Assembly: GCA_051362555.1 (NCBI GenBank)
Contig: CM120642.1
Span: forward strand, 25,916,001 to 25,980,000
DNA from: Lingula anatina
Lineage: Eukaryota; Animalia; Brachiopoda
Reading direction: 5' to 3'
Length of the DNA: 64,000 bases
Shown: one piece after another, positions 41,009 through 53,899 of the stretch
Layout: each line of letters opens with the position of its first letter
How positions within the stretch are numbered: the first letter of the stretch is position 1
Translations under genes and position numbers: made by a program
The notes under the pieces: model-generated
Seen by the model: only the letters and a program-made list of their open reading frames with translations
What the model was told of the DNA's origin: nothing
The model's database searches: none

Positions 41009-41761
41009 CTCAGTTTCTCTTTTCTTCTTCTCTAAGGTGTTTGATGGAGAATTAGTCTCTTTAGTCCCCTGAGCAGAGGGAGGCTTATGAACCTGCTGGC
41101 AAAACAACTCTTCCATTTCCTCAAAGTCTACTTTGTAGCCATTAAACATTTGTCCAGCTTGGGTCCATACATTTTTAGAAGCAACCACACGGTTGACAGG
41201 AATTTTCTGCCACTGAAGTTTCTTCATTTTAGACTTTGGGGCAGGAGTCTGCTGCTGAGGTAGAGTTATTTCTGGTCCACTTTTTATTAGGCTCCCTGGT
41301 GGAGGGGGTGGTCCTGGCGGAGGTGCCATCCCTGGGGGAGGTGGAGGTGGGGGAACACCCCCTGGTCCAGGTGGGGGAGGGGGTGGTGGAATACTGTGAA
41401 TTGCACCGGGTACAGGGGGTGGGGGAGGTGGGGGTGTTCCCATGTCCTGGAGGCCTATTGCACCTTTTTTATCCGTATCCTTTAACCGTGGCGATGCCAC
41501 CGTAGACTCCGACTGACTTTCAGTTCGGGATCGATTCCCTGCTGCATCAGATTCATCAGATCCCTGTACGGCCCTCTCCAGCCGTTTGTAGCCAGCTTTG
41601 AGTAATCTCTGTGAGTCCTCTGTCTTTTCCAGCAGCGTGGCCCTGTAGACCAATTTCTCGATGGTGTCCCACACCACGTCGCTGATGGTGTCTGTAGGGT
41701 CAATCTGGAGAAGGTGCTGTAAGGTGGCCAGAAAGGGGAGCTCCTGAGGGGTGCCACTGAC
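41009..41761 (-). CDS. INF2: Formin exon: end of DID/dimerisation region, polyproline FH1 and FH2 lasso (MKKLQWQKIP...NVW)
   Basis: 753 nt, phase 0-0, cttcag|GTC...GAG|gtaaga. Several polyproline tracts and the two lasso tryptophans are present. Confidence 0.95.
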
Positions 41762-44299
41762 CTGAAGAACAGAACACCAGATATATTAATAATTAGTTAA
41801 ACATTAACTGCTGTATATGTCTAGATGCAATTATTGAGAATAGAATTTCGTGTCTAATGTTAATATTAGAATCTTTGACTTGCAATGAAATCAATTATTA
41901 CGATTTGGGGGATGGGGACCTCCCCTAAGAAGTCATTATAAGCTGTATTGTTCATAATATTCCAGAAATTCAGATATTCTAGAAAAAGAATGTCTAAATC
42001 CATCTTTTTGTTTTTCAATCTTATCTGCAGTTCTCATTTAAATCAATACATGATTTTCTTTGTGTTATTACAAGTGCAAAAATATGAGACACACAGAAAG
42101 ACAAAAACAGGTGCATATATACTAAGAAGCACACATACTAAGAAACGAACAATGCATTTTTCCTGAAACTGCCTTGAGGGAGTTCTTAATCTCAGCATCA
42201 CAGATTACAGTATAAATAGAACCAAATTCTGAACAATTTTGACCCAATGGCAATAATTTCCAGAAAGGTTCAACAATATACTAAAGCAGCTATATCTCTC
42301 AATCTGTAACCTTGCAAGATTCTTACTAATGTGCATAAAAAAGAGAATAACATTCATATGGCAGTCTCTCAACACATAGCCTTTCAACAAGATGAGAATG
42401 AAAATAGCTAGTTTTCAGCATGCTGTGATGACTGTTGGAATGCAAATATCAATCTGATAAAAAACAGCACTGGTGAATACTTGACCAAGGGAATAACATG
42501 GAAGTCTACAATGTACCATTACTAAATATGATCAACTATTGATCTGAACACAAATTCCTATATCCAGGAATTAGCTCAGAAAATGGAAATTTTCCCAAAT
42601 GAAGTTCAAGAAGCAAACAGGAATAAAAGCGATTTTCCTGTAATGCTACATGCTCTGTGCATAATCCTGCTGAAAATGTTTAAATTTGTGCATTAAAATC
42701 CAAAAAGGACACTAATCCATACCTTCTAGAATCACAAAATCCGTCTCCCCCATTTTACATATAAGTTTGATATTTCATTCTTTTCCAGTTCAAAGTGAAA
42801 TTATACTGAAAATTAAAAGCTCACCAATGATCAAACCACAGCCGTCTCAATCCTGGCTTGTTTTGAGTAGGAATAACATCTCTACTGTCTGAATATTTTT
42901 AGAATTAAAAACACCACCTCTTCACACCTACATCAGCACAAGTCATACACAGTCCTGGATACAGGAGATTTTTCTCTTTTCTTTGTCCTGGGTACCACGA
43001 AGAGGTGGAAGTGAAAACTGAGCTGACCAGAGAAGAGTTCCAGCACAGAAAGGTCAGGAAACGAAGAACCAAAAATGCCACAAACTATAAACACATTCAG
43101 ATGCTAGTCCCTATGGTTTACACCTTTTATGTTTGGTGGTTAAAGAAAAGAAATAAATCTCTGTGTCCTGATCTGTCCTTTTAGAGTGTTGGTTTCCCTA
43201 CAAGAGTGGGAGAAGAGAAAATATTTAACTTTTATACCTTTAGGCTTCAGCAAAAGCCCTGGGAAGACAGATGTTGTGGTTCTCTGACATGCATTTAAAT
43301 ATCAAATCCACAAGGTTCTGGAGAAATAATCAGAACACTGTGCCTTAAAGCTTCTGCAGAAATGATCAGAGCATCATCCTCCGTAATTTGGATCAGTCTA
43401 GTGTCTGACTGAATTTAATTATCTCTATAAACTAACACCCACTAGTCTATAATTGAGGAAGTGTGCTGTGCATTCTTGCCTGTGCTGTCTGTGAGTGAAA
43501 CACACAATGAAAGCACTGGAGAACTCTGTTTTAACTTATAAATCTTAATAAATCTATAACATGTCATTTTTCACTTTAATCATGAAATTGCAAATTTGCG
43601 TTACAAGAAGATTATGCCTATATACTAATACAAAATGGTGATTTATACAACAAGGTTAAAGAAGTGCTGCAGTGCACAGCTACTACAAAGTTGTACTTTC
43701 ATCAACTGCCTCTTTGAGAGTCTACACCAGTAATTTATCATCATTTCTGAATTATAATTAAATTGATAATGGTCTAGTAGAATGCTCAGATTTCTATAAT
43801 GACCAACGTATAAGAACATCAGATGGATTTTACCAGGTGAATCACTGATGATAAGAACATCAAATCCCAGGTGAAGGGGAAGAGACTTAACTTAATTGCC
43901 TTACAGACAGGAAGCACTTGCAGAGATTGGGGAAGTTACACTGCCAAAAACACAGAGAAGATAATCACATCATCAACCATCCACCAGACTTGTTTGTATA
44001 CTTCAGTCAAACATGCTCGTCTTGCTCAAGTCTGATATAACTCAGCAGATGAGAGTGAAGATATACCTAAAATATAATCCTGTTTGGTTATCATTTGAAC
44101 AGATTAGCAGAGATCCATCTCCCACTTACCCAGCTAGTACAAGACTGATTTTCCCAAAACAAAATAAAAGGCTTTAGGGCCTATGGATCCAGGTCATCGT
44201 GATTCTTTTTGCTCACAACCCCCCCCCCCCCTCTAAACACAATTAAGCATGTTAATGCAGCATAAAAAGCACCCCAATCAAGAGATTTAATTGCGCTAA

Positions 44300-46400
44300 C
44301 CTTTTTTTTTTACTTTTAAGAAATCCAAGCTATTTTGAACCAGCGCTGAAATTTAGCTGTTATGCGACTTTCCTATTGTATAATTTACTTTGACCAACTG
44401 GTCACTCGGCTACCATTCCGTTCTGCCAAATTCTTGAACCAGCAAGCTCGTATTGTTCGCGTGTTTTTTAACCAATGCACACCTTTCCTTTTGCTTATCA
44501 CCGCTGGCCAGTAAATTAAATCTGACCGAGGTCCAGCATTAAAAACTGCCCCCTCCCTAAAGATCTCTTATAGACGAACTACGTAACTAATGTGCGAACT
44601 ATTACGAACCCTGTTGCCGACTTCCAGACAATGAACTATAGCAAGAATGCCGCACGGTTCAAACGTCTGAAACATCGTCTACTCAGCCCGTCTACTTACG
44701 TCCTTGCCAGGTAGTCCTCTGAAGCAGACTCCGGGACTTGCCAATATTTTACCTGTAGGCTGCCTGGTGTGATTTGCTCTCTGATAGCCTTGCATATGGT
44801 TCGAACTATCACTCCCAGGCCGGTGCATTTCAAGTATGCGTGAGCGATTAGTTCAAGGTAACCAAGAGGCCCAAACTCCTACCAAACTGAGTGGCGGCAA
44901 CTTCCCGATTCACTGACTAACAAGTATTTTGCAAATGTAAAATTTACCACACAGCGCATTTTTACTCAAAATGCACGCTGTTGCTTTTTTCTTTCATCCA
45001 CTTTAAAGTCTTTTTAAGAAATTCAAAAGACTTTACGTTATCCAGATCGTAAATGAAATGGATTGTTTGTATATTTCCCCACATGTAAAAGTTTCGCAGT
45101 GCCTACCTGTGTATTTTTCCCATTCGAGTCGTCCATAGACCGAAATGCAATATCGAGCATGACTAGAGAAACTAAGCTTCAGAGCTGCAAGATGCGCCCC
45201 GCTATCGCTCACTGGCTCTGGCTCACTACCGGAAAGATTGATTTCACGTGAAATACAGTGGGTACAAAAAGATTAGTGAAGCCAAGCCGTGGGAGCCAAC
45301 ATTAACGAGGCGTGACAGTAGGCCTGGCGTTTTGCTGTTCGTGTATTCATTTCAATACATGTTGGTAACTTTTGATACGATTTAAACATTACGTCCTTTT
45401 TTCAGATTCTAACAAATGCAACATCATTATAGCTGCTTTCTTATCTTTTTCTTTAACCCCGGCAAGAAATACTAGCACGGATTATATTTAGACCCAAAGT
45501 TATGTAACCCAAACAAAGTTTGTTTAGTATCAAAACCATTAGCTGGTTTATAAATGTGTGTGAAATGTGAGATTATCAAAAAGGGCAACAAAAAGTGTGC
45601 TAGAATCTGACAAACGTACTGATGCAGATGTGAAATTACTCATGTTCACTTACAGCTACTTATTTTATAACCCATTTCGCGGTTACTAGATATAATTACA
45701 TTTTTTTATTAGGCCTAGTGATTTAGTTGCTATATTTATTTCTTTATTTACTTCTAGTTGTGCAAACATACAGTAGTATTTTAAGTCCCATAGACAGCCA
45801 ACAATGTTAACATGTAACATTTTTAAAAAGCTGAATAAATTATTATCAGTTATCATGTTTCATCGCCACAGATCCGCCTAATGCATACAGTGTTATGGCG
45901 ATGAGTGTCGTGAACTGTCGTGAACTCCCTTTCATACTTCAGCCTACACCCGGCTTTCTTTTGGTTTGAGACATGTTCACATATGTTGCACATATATTGC
46001 AATTGGAGTAAACAAAGTTCAGTGACTTTATTGTAAAGATAGCAGTCAGGGAGTCTGTCCAATATCTACCTCGAACCACATCTCGGCGTGCAGGAATGAT
46101 AACAACAGAGTAAAGTTACTGGCAGGATAACCGCATAGCTTCAACCGTAAACGCCCCGATTTTCAAAACCGACCAACTTGAAACTAATTCGACAACGGTC
46201 GACAACAACCCCCAGTTCGCTCTGCCGTTGTCTTATTTAAACAGCGTCATTATGAAAACGTGTTTTGGCAGACTACGTCTAAAAAGATGAAGATACTGAA
46301 AAAACCTTACCATCCCCACCCTTTACTGGTAGCCTAGAAATTCTAACACGCCCACCAGATAAAAGAATTCAAGCATATAACAGAATGAAACATTATGTGG
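44300..46400 (-). promoter_or_regulatory. Putative internal formin promoter at the CpG-poor/CpG-rich boundary
   Basis: CpG frequency rises abruptly at ~44.3 kb (judged by eye). GC box (GGGGCG on -, ~45195-45201), CCGGAA (~45229) and CACGTG (45245-45250) lie just upstream of a candidate first exon. Confidence 0.5.
45107..45160 (-). CDS. Candidate alternative first coding exon (MLDIAFRS)MDDSNGKNTQ of a short formin isoform
   Basis: In-frame ATGs at 45160 and 45136. Strong donor CAG|gtaggc. Phase 0 matches the acceptor at 41761. Confidence 0.5.
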
Positions 46401-47585
46401 TGTGTAACTCAGGGTGAGGTAGTCTTCCAGATTTATAATATCCAGACCGGATTTCTCCAGGAAATGAGCGAAAAAAACTGACCTAGACTACAAAGATAAG
46501 ACTTACTCAAGTCGCATTTTGCAATTAAAAAGAATTATTCTAACCGATGCAAAACAATTTAATAAAGGTCTAAGACCATTCTCTCGCTTTTATTTTCACA
46601 TTTTGCGTATTGTTTTTCTTCACACAAGTAGCAGGGGAGCTAACGGCAATATTTTTTCTCTTTATGATTTGTTTGTATTTTGATGTTTTTTGAACCGTGT
46701 CGTCGCCAAGCAACTGTTGTCAATATTTCGGCCTTGGCGCATAGTTTCAGTTCAAATTGTACACATAAAAACGACAATACAAAACTTCTCTAATAATATT
46801 TCCGTCTATCTTTAAACCAATTTCCTTTAATAAACACCCTTTTTTATAAAACCATATCCAAATATGCGCCTGTAAAAAGTCTAAGACCGCAGACGTAAGT
46901 CCTTTGTTTGTGTTTTGGAATCCCCCCAAATGAACGATCTACATTGATTTTTCAAAATAGGACTAGTCAATACTGTCACCATGGGCTTTAGGGCCCCCAG
47001 GCTGTTCATTAAAAAAGAAAAACAATCTTTCTCCCTCTGCTCTCTCTACACCAGCAGTAAAAAAAGAGTGATTCGTGAAACTATGACATCTAACCAGAGG
47101 GTATTTGTATACAACCGCCCCCTCCCGAAAAAAATGTAAACTCTATAGCACGAACCCAGCAAGAAAACGGTACCGAAATTTCTTGCCTGCCTGTTTTGAT
47201 GCAGATAAAATGTACCATCAAGTTTGATTTTGTGAGATACATCACTTCAATTTGAGTGAAATTCACCTGTGTATAATGGAAGTAATTACAGGGACGCCGC
47301 TGTGAGTTTGATCCAGCTGACATTTAACTAAACTGGTCGCATTATTAACCTTGAGCAACCTGACATTTAGAAAACAGCTACTAGACATCAATTTACATGT
47401 GTGCACTTCCAAAAAATATCCGAACATGAACACTTTGAAAAAAAAGGAAAATAAAAGGTCTAAACACAGTATCATCAGAATGAAAAACAAAACAAAAAAC
47501 AATTTTGCGTATTTGATACTTAAGTCTATGTCGGAGTTCGGAATATTTATTTATAATGTTTATTTCGAATTTGCACGCCCCCCCC

Positions 47586-47623
<38 letters not shown>

Positions 47624-50366
47624 CATACGTGTATAAACTATGTATGCAACTTTTCAAACCCCATACATTGGTTACTGATAACATATCCGCGATCCGTCAA
47701 CCTGCTGTTAAACAAAAACAAGTAAAAATATGTTTCGAGTTCTACAACCACATTGTCAAACGCAAAGCTACCCGTATCTCTTACGAAGAAATCTTCCTGT
47801 TCGCGATTTCAGACCATACTTAGCAGATATGGAAATGGGCAAAATGGGTGGGAGAACAAGTCAAAATCGGAAGTCAAGAGAAGAGTGTCCAGGGATGTTA
47901 ATAAGGTCTTTTGTGGGCAGCGATGTAAATTAGCACCTGACATCATAATAGATTAGTGTAAGCATGAAACCAGGAGCAAAAAAAGAGGCATTGTATCCGT
48001 TCGTTATTCTTGGGCACTGTCTTTATATTTAATATATAGGAAAGTGAAAAGATGAGAGGAGCTGCGAATCTTTTCTCTAAAGATGGACCGGAACGCAGTA
48101 TAACCAGAGACTACATTAAATATACGAACATCACGTTCTCTTTTTTTCGTGATACCTAAGTTGCTCAAACTTTTCCAAAGTGACAGGAGTGCTAAATAAA
48201 CAGGAGAGCTCTTTATCTTAAAATGCACTTTAATTTTTATATGACTGATCTAAAACAGACTAACAAGAGGGATTCGTGATTTACCTTCATTCACAATCAT
48301 CTAAATTTGAAACGCGTCACTCTGCGTGTTTATAATTTGAAGTGCGTCAAACGATCCTGCTCTCATAATTCTGTCGATTAGATATGTTTATTTAGTTTTT
48401 AAAAAGCTGTTAACTCAAAAGAAACAAAACAGTGGTAAGTAGGCAACTAAGTAAGTGCACCTCATCTAACACTGGTCACACGTCTGCAAATAGACAGTGG
48501 TCAACAAAAAAAAAAATGGGTGTAACACCGCACCGTGGCACCGACTGTAAATTACCATTTGATATATATGCGCGAGACCTCCTTACATAGGGTAATAGCC
48601 TAAGCAATGAAAACTTTACACTGACGGGTCAGGTGAACTAGGTGGCAATTCTGCACTGGACTGGACGCTTGGGACATTTTTCTGACCTGGTCACACCGAC
48701 AGACACTGACCACTTAATCGACCACAGTGACCAAGCAGACGTTTCTCTTTTGTTTGTGATGGGGGTTAATTATCACGTGTATTGTTCGCGCGGTTTTTGA
48801 ACGGATGTGTCCCGATGTGCTTGGATAGAAAAAAAAAGAAACATTGTCCATTACATTGAAAATGAGAGAAAATTCTGGTGTTCTGTGGATTTGGTATACG
48901 TGACAGCTTACAGACCGTGTGATGAATGAAAGGGGTCAGTAAGTAAACTTGTCTATCTATATATTAGTGTTTTACATTCGTTGAAATGAGCGCCTAGATT
49001 TTCTTTGAAGTCATCTTATCACAGAGCTCTTTTGGTATTAGACTCCCCCGAGCAGTTGGATTTGCATGGAAATGCAATTAAAACGATGCACAAAGATTAG
49101 ATATATACATTGCTCTTTGTGTAGATGACACGAACGTATCACGCACATATTTAATTTCTACACGCCCATCTTGCTTCCCCCCTTTATCCCCCACCCCAAC
49201 TCACCAAAACCCTCTGTTTTTCTCGTCTTGAAAACTGTCCACATTTTCTAAATACCAATTTATTACAGCGTTGGCATGGTGTATTACTCCCCAAATAGTT
49301 GAATTTGCATGCACCTGCATTTAAAGTGAAGTGTCTCGATTAGATATACGTTGCGCTTTGTGATGATGGCAAGATAAACTAGTCCCTGACTTCTTACACC
49401 CAAGTGTATCCCCCCCAACCGCCCTTCTCTCTCTCTCTCTCTCTCTCTCTCAAACACACACACCAGATAAAAGCACACACGTGAACTGTCTGGTGATGAG
49501 GCAAAATCACTTGTCTGTCCTTTCCCATTTAGCGTAAATATTACTTATTACTAAGAAATTTTGTTGTAACATATTTGGAGGGAACTGCACCGATTTCTAC
49601 AAGACGACAGCTTATTTAGCAACAAACTGCCACCACCACAATAAAGGAAAGGAAAGAAAAGGGTGCACATTGTCCCTTGGTCAAAATGTCAACACAGATC
49701 CCATTAACACTATTTTGGATTTGGGTGTCAGGAAAAGTACAAGAAAAAACGGGACTTAACTCTCATATCAATTTTCCAGAAGACAAACAAAATTTCTTTC
49801 GGTCGTTTTTATCCTATCTGTTGACAAACTACTGAGTTTCACCGGAAATCGAGTGCACTCCATTAAGTTCATTTCCAAATATCTTTACGGGGGACTATTG
49901 CAACTGTGCTTAAGTTTACACCTATTTCATTCATGTCCTTTTCTGTCCATCACCCGGACGTTTTAGGCCCAGTAAATTAAGCACAACAGCAAATAATCCT
50001 GGCTTTAAAGTTTGCGGACATGCTTAATTTATTCTTCCGAGGCTTTGTCATTTGTTGGACACGTAATTTAAGCCTCCAAATTTCATAACTTGTCATCTTT
50101 GTATTATGTTTGGTGGATAAACTTACCTCTTCAGATCAAAATGCACAGGTTTTGGGTGGTCAAGACACAAATGACCCTGGTCATGACAATCGAATAACAG
50201 TAGAAGGATTTGTCACTGGGTTTTAAGTCGAGTAAACTACCGGGGCAATAGAGATGCCTATGAACCAATCTTTTTGTATGAAGGATTACATAGGGTTATG
50301 CGGAAAATTGTACGCATGTGCGTACAGATATACGCACGCACAGATATACGTCTAATTACGCTTTAC

Positions 50367-50517
50367 CTGGTTAAATATTGCGTAGAACACGTCCAGGTGG
50401 TTGCCCAGATCGACCCCTTCTGGGTACTGCTGCTGTAACTGTTCATCGTCATTCGCCCTTTCTTCGTCAAAAACGTCTAACTGAACTGTCAGATCGGGAT
50501 CTTGGTCTTGTTCTTTT
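50367..50517 (-). CDS. INF2: Formin DID/FH3 exon RKEQDQDPDLTVQLDVFDEERANDDEQL...GVDLGNHLDVFYAIFNQ
   Basis: 151 nt, phase 2-0. Resembles the INF2 segment DADLLIQLEAFEE...GVDMSSHQEVF, recalled from memory. Confidence 0.9.
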
Positions 50518-53500
50518 CTGAAATGAGAAGAAAAAGGAACGATGCTAAAAATGTATATTTTTTAAATAAGGCTGTTCATTAAATAAAACAGTTGAAATAT
50601 CGAGAGTAGGAAACCAATTACACTTGTACCATAATCTTATCTTATTGTGTAACAAGAATCAATTCTGTAGGGGTAATAGTGATTTAAGGCAACGAAAGTT
50701 TTTTTAGATTCTTTATCAAGACAATCTCTTCACCTCAGCCTTGTTTTAAATGTCAAGCGGATGTCGTAAAAGATGTCGTAAAATTGTTCACGTATGTCAC
50801 ATCGCACAGGCTATATCTATATTAAATAAGGCACTGCCCTCAAGGCATACGAATAAGTTTCACAGAGATAAAACAATTTACTGTATTACACACCGGCCTA
50901 CCTAAAAAAGACCTAGAGGATGTATCTAAATTAGAAACAGCACACAAATTTGTCGCTGCACCCATGATGCAAAACGCCGAGAAATATTTAAAGGAGTAAC
51001 ATTTTTTGTGGCGTCTCATTAACACACCTGGTGTTTTTTAAAGGGGTGGTTGTTGGGGTGGTGACTTATTAATGATACAACTTATATAAATTGACGAGGA
51101 AGGGGAACCGTTTTGCCCAGCCTCACTGACAGCACAAATGTCGGAAGAGTTGTCTTTTATTTTCGGTTGGGCGATTGGTTGGAAGAATGAATAAAAAGTT
51201 AAACAAGGTCGTTTTCGCTTTGTTGCTATGCATTGAAGGGGAAAAGGATGTCCTTGTGCATGACCAAAGGGTCACTTTTATGGTAAAGTAAAAAATATAA
51301 AGCTTTTACTTAATCCACCGTGATGAAGAAACATAAAGGAACCTAAGACGCTTCGGTCAGTGAATTCCACAGACTTGGAGACCAAATGCCTTGCGCCCTA
51401 AACTCTCTCAGTTTGGGATTAAAACGCTGCTGCCTCTGTCACTCGATTCTTTTTTCCCCACTTGAACATACCTTGTGATTCACGTATCGAATTTCATTGT
51501 TTTTCCAGTGTTAACAATACATGTTCAAACATGGACTCGGGCTGCCGTGCTGATCCAGACAGAACAAAATGGCGCTAGTAGCTTTTGGCGTGACGTGTTT
51601 GAAATAGATATATCACTGCTTGTTTATGGGATATGATGTTCGCCAGAAGTCTAATGACAGGCTCATAATTCAAATGTCGTATTCTCTTTCTTGTTCGACA
51701 TATTACCTGTTATATGATCAAGCTTGCTTATTTTTCCTATTTAATGAGTCCCCGTGAGCCAATTCGTTTCTTGTAACAATTCCATATGCAGACTTAAGTT
51801 TCATGTTTTGTTTATTGACTGAGGGCGTATTTTGAGTTTATTATAACAGGATTCTGATCTTGGAGGAAACCGTTGTACACATTTTACCGAAAGGGGAAGT
51901 GTTCGACTTGTACAGTCTGACGGCTTCTATCCATTACTTCTTGAAGACATAGAGATGGATGAGTCACAAATTAAAAGCTTTTTATGTAGTTTCTAGTGGG
52001 TTCGCAGGGGGTCATCGGCTGTTCATAAAAAACTACTCAATCGTCTGCTGGGCCCATCAAGTACGACAATGCCGAAAACTGGAGCAAACGTGCAGACTCG
52101 TTCGTTGTTTGTGCACGGTGTCGGTTTTCAATATCGCTTCTTTGTACTGGACTGTGCCTAGTAGAGTGAAGGGTATAACGTCCCTGATACTAAATATAAA
52201 ATTTTGCTTCTTTTTGAAGATTCCCTCGACTCTTATTGCAACATCATTATTCATTTGGAATTTAAAAAATTATCAAGTGTGGAGTTTTTCAATATACAAT
52301 GTTCAAATCCCTTGACAGTTGTTGCTTTTGGTCAATAAAGCGCATAACATTGTTAGCAGGATGCATGAGCCCAGATCCCAATGACCGAGCTTAAATTAAA
52401 ATTCTTCTGATATTATATTATAATCTGAATTACATTCCGTTGCGTGTGGCATTAATTTATTCCAGGACCCCCAACAAGACACCCCTGGATTAATCACTAA
52501 TTTAGCCAAAGTTGCACGAAAATTCATTTTTTCTCTTTTATGTGTTTACTTAAGGTTTCTGCACAGCAGTGTCAGCGGGTCGAAGTAAAAGCAGTGCGTT
52601 ATGATTCTGTATCAAATATGGCTTTTCATTCCATTAGGTCCCAAAACAGGGCTTTTCAGGCGAGAAAAATGGGAGGGTGAAAGGGCGATGGTGTAAAGTA
52701 ACTCTAAACCGTCATGGTATTATATACACATCAACCCGGCATATTTTGTATTGTTTCCTTTATAGGTTTGAAAATAATATGAAATAATATCTGTTAGGTG
52801 TTTGTTGATAGCCGAATTTTCCACAGCCACTGACTCTATCTCGGGTAAACTCTCTTGGGTGAACTGCGCCCACTCCTAAGTCCAGTGATTTCTTTAGAGG
52901 GGGGCCCTTAATAAACCGCTTACTTGTATAACATTGTTTCACCCTTTGTGGTCACTTCTAAGTCAAAAGGTAAAAGATCAAGTAACCTTAAGTTGGTCAC
53001 TTGAAGGAAAAGTTTAAAAGCTCATTGTCAGATTGAAAAGACACAACAAGAGTTGTAGCAACGATCTTGTCATTGTAGTCCTACGGCGCCGCAGGGATGT
53101 GAAATGTGTATGGGCTTGAGACTGTTTGTCCGATCTTTGTATTGTATAACTTACACGTTAGTTACAAGATTCCAAACAATTATTTTGGACACGAAAGACT
53201 AACAGAGTTGAAAAGTAACTAATAAAGTTGAAAAGTTACTCTTAATGAGGCCAATCTATTTAACAAGCGGACCAACAATAAAATTTCGATTTTCATTTCT
53301 AGTTGAATTGTTTCTGCTCAACGCGTAAAACGAGTTTTTGAGGCGTGCATTTGGAGAGAAAATATGGACATAACGAAGCAAGAGTTTGGGCCCATTATTC
53401 TTCAAAAAACTTCATTAACTTAACACCTTGCCTCTTCCATGCTAACTAAACTCGTGATCACAAATGCTGTCACACACTTTCGTCCGTATTGTAAATTTTA

Positions 53501-53868
53501 CGACGGAAATGTGATACGCGAAAAGTAAACCGCTACGGAGGGATCGCAAACAACGGCGACATGTTAGTTTGCTTCCGCGTAACTAGAACAACAGAAGCAC
53601 AGCGACGACTCACCGTGGGACTGTGCGAAAAAGAATGTGACGCTTGATACAGTGTAAATTGTGTCATAATTATTGGTAATATTCTTTTACGTTGGCATTC
53701 GTGCATCTTATTGGAAATGTTGACCGAAACATGAATGGGGGACTGCTTTGGGGGTAAAGCGTACTTGAGATGGCTAATTTGTATAACCTTGAGAAAGGGC
53801 GCCAGCGTCTCTTCTTTTGGTCAAAATTTAAAAGCCATACAGCAGCAAACCAATGTGTATGTGTACGT

Positions 53869-53899
<31 letters not shown>

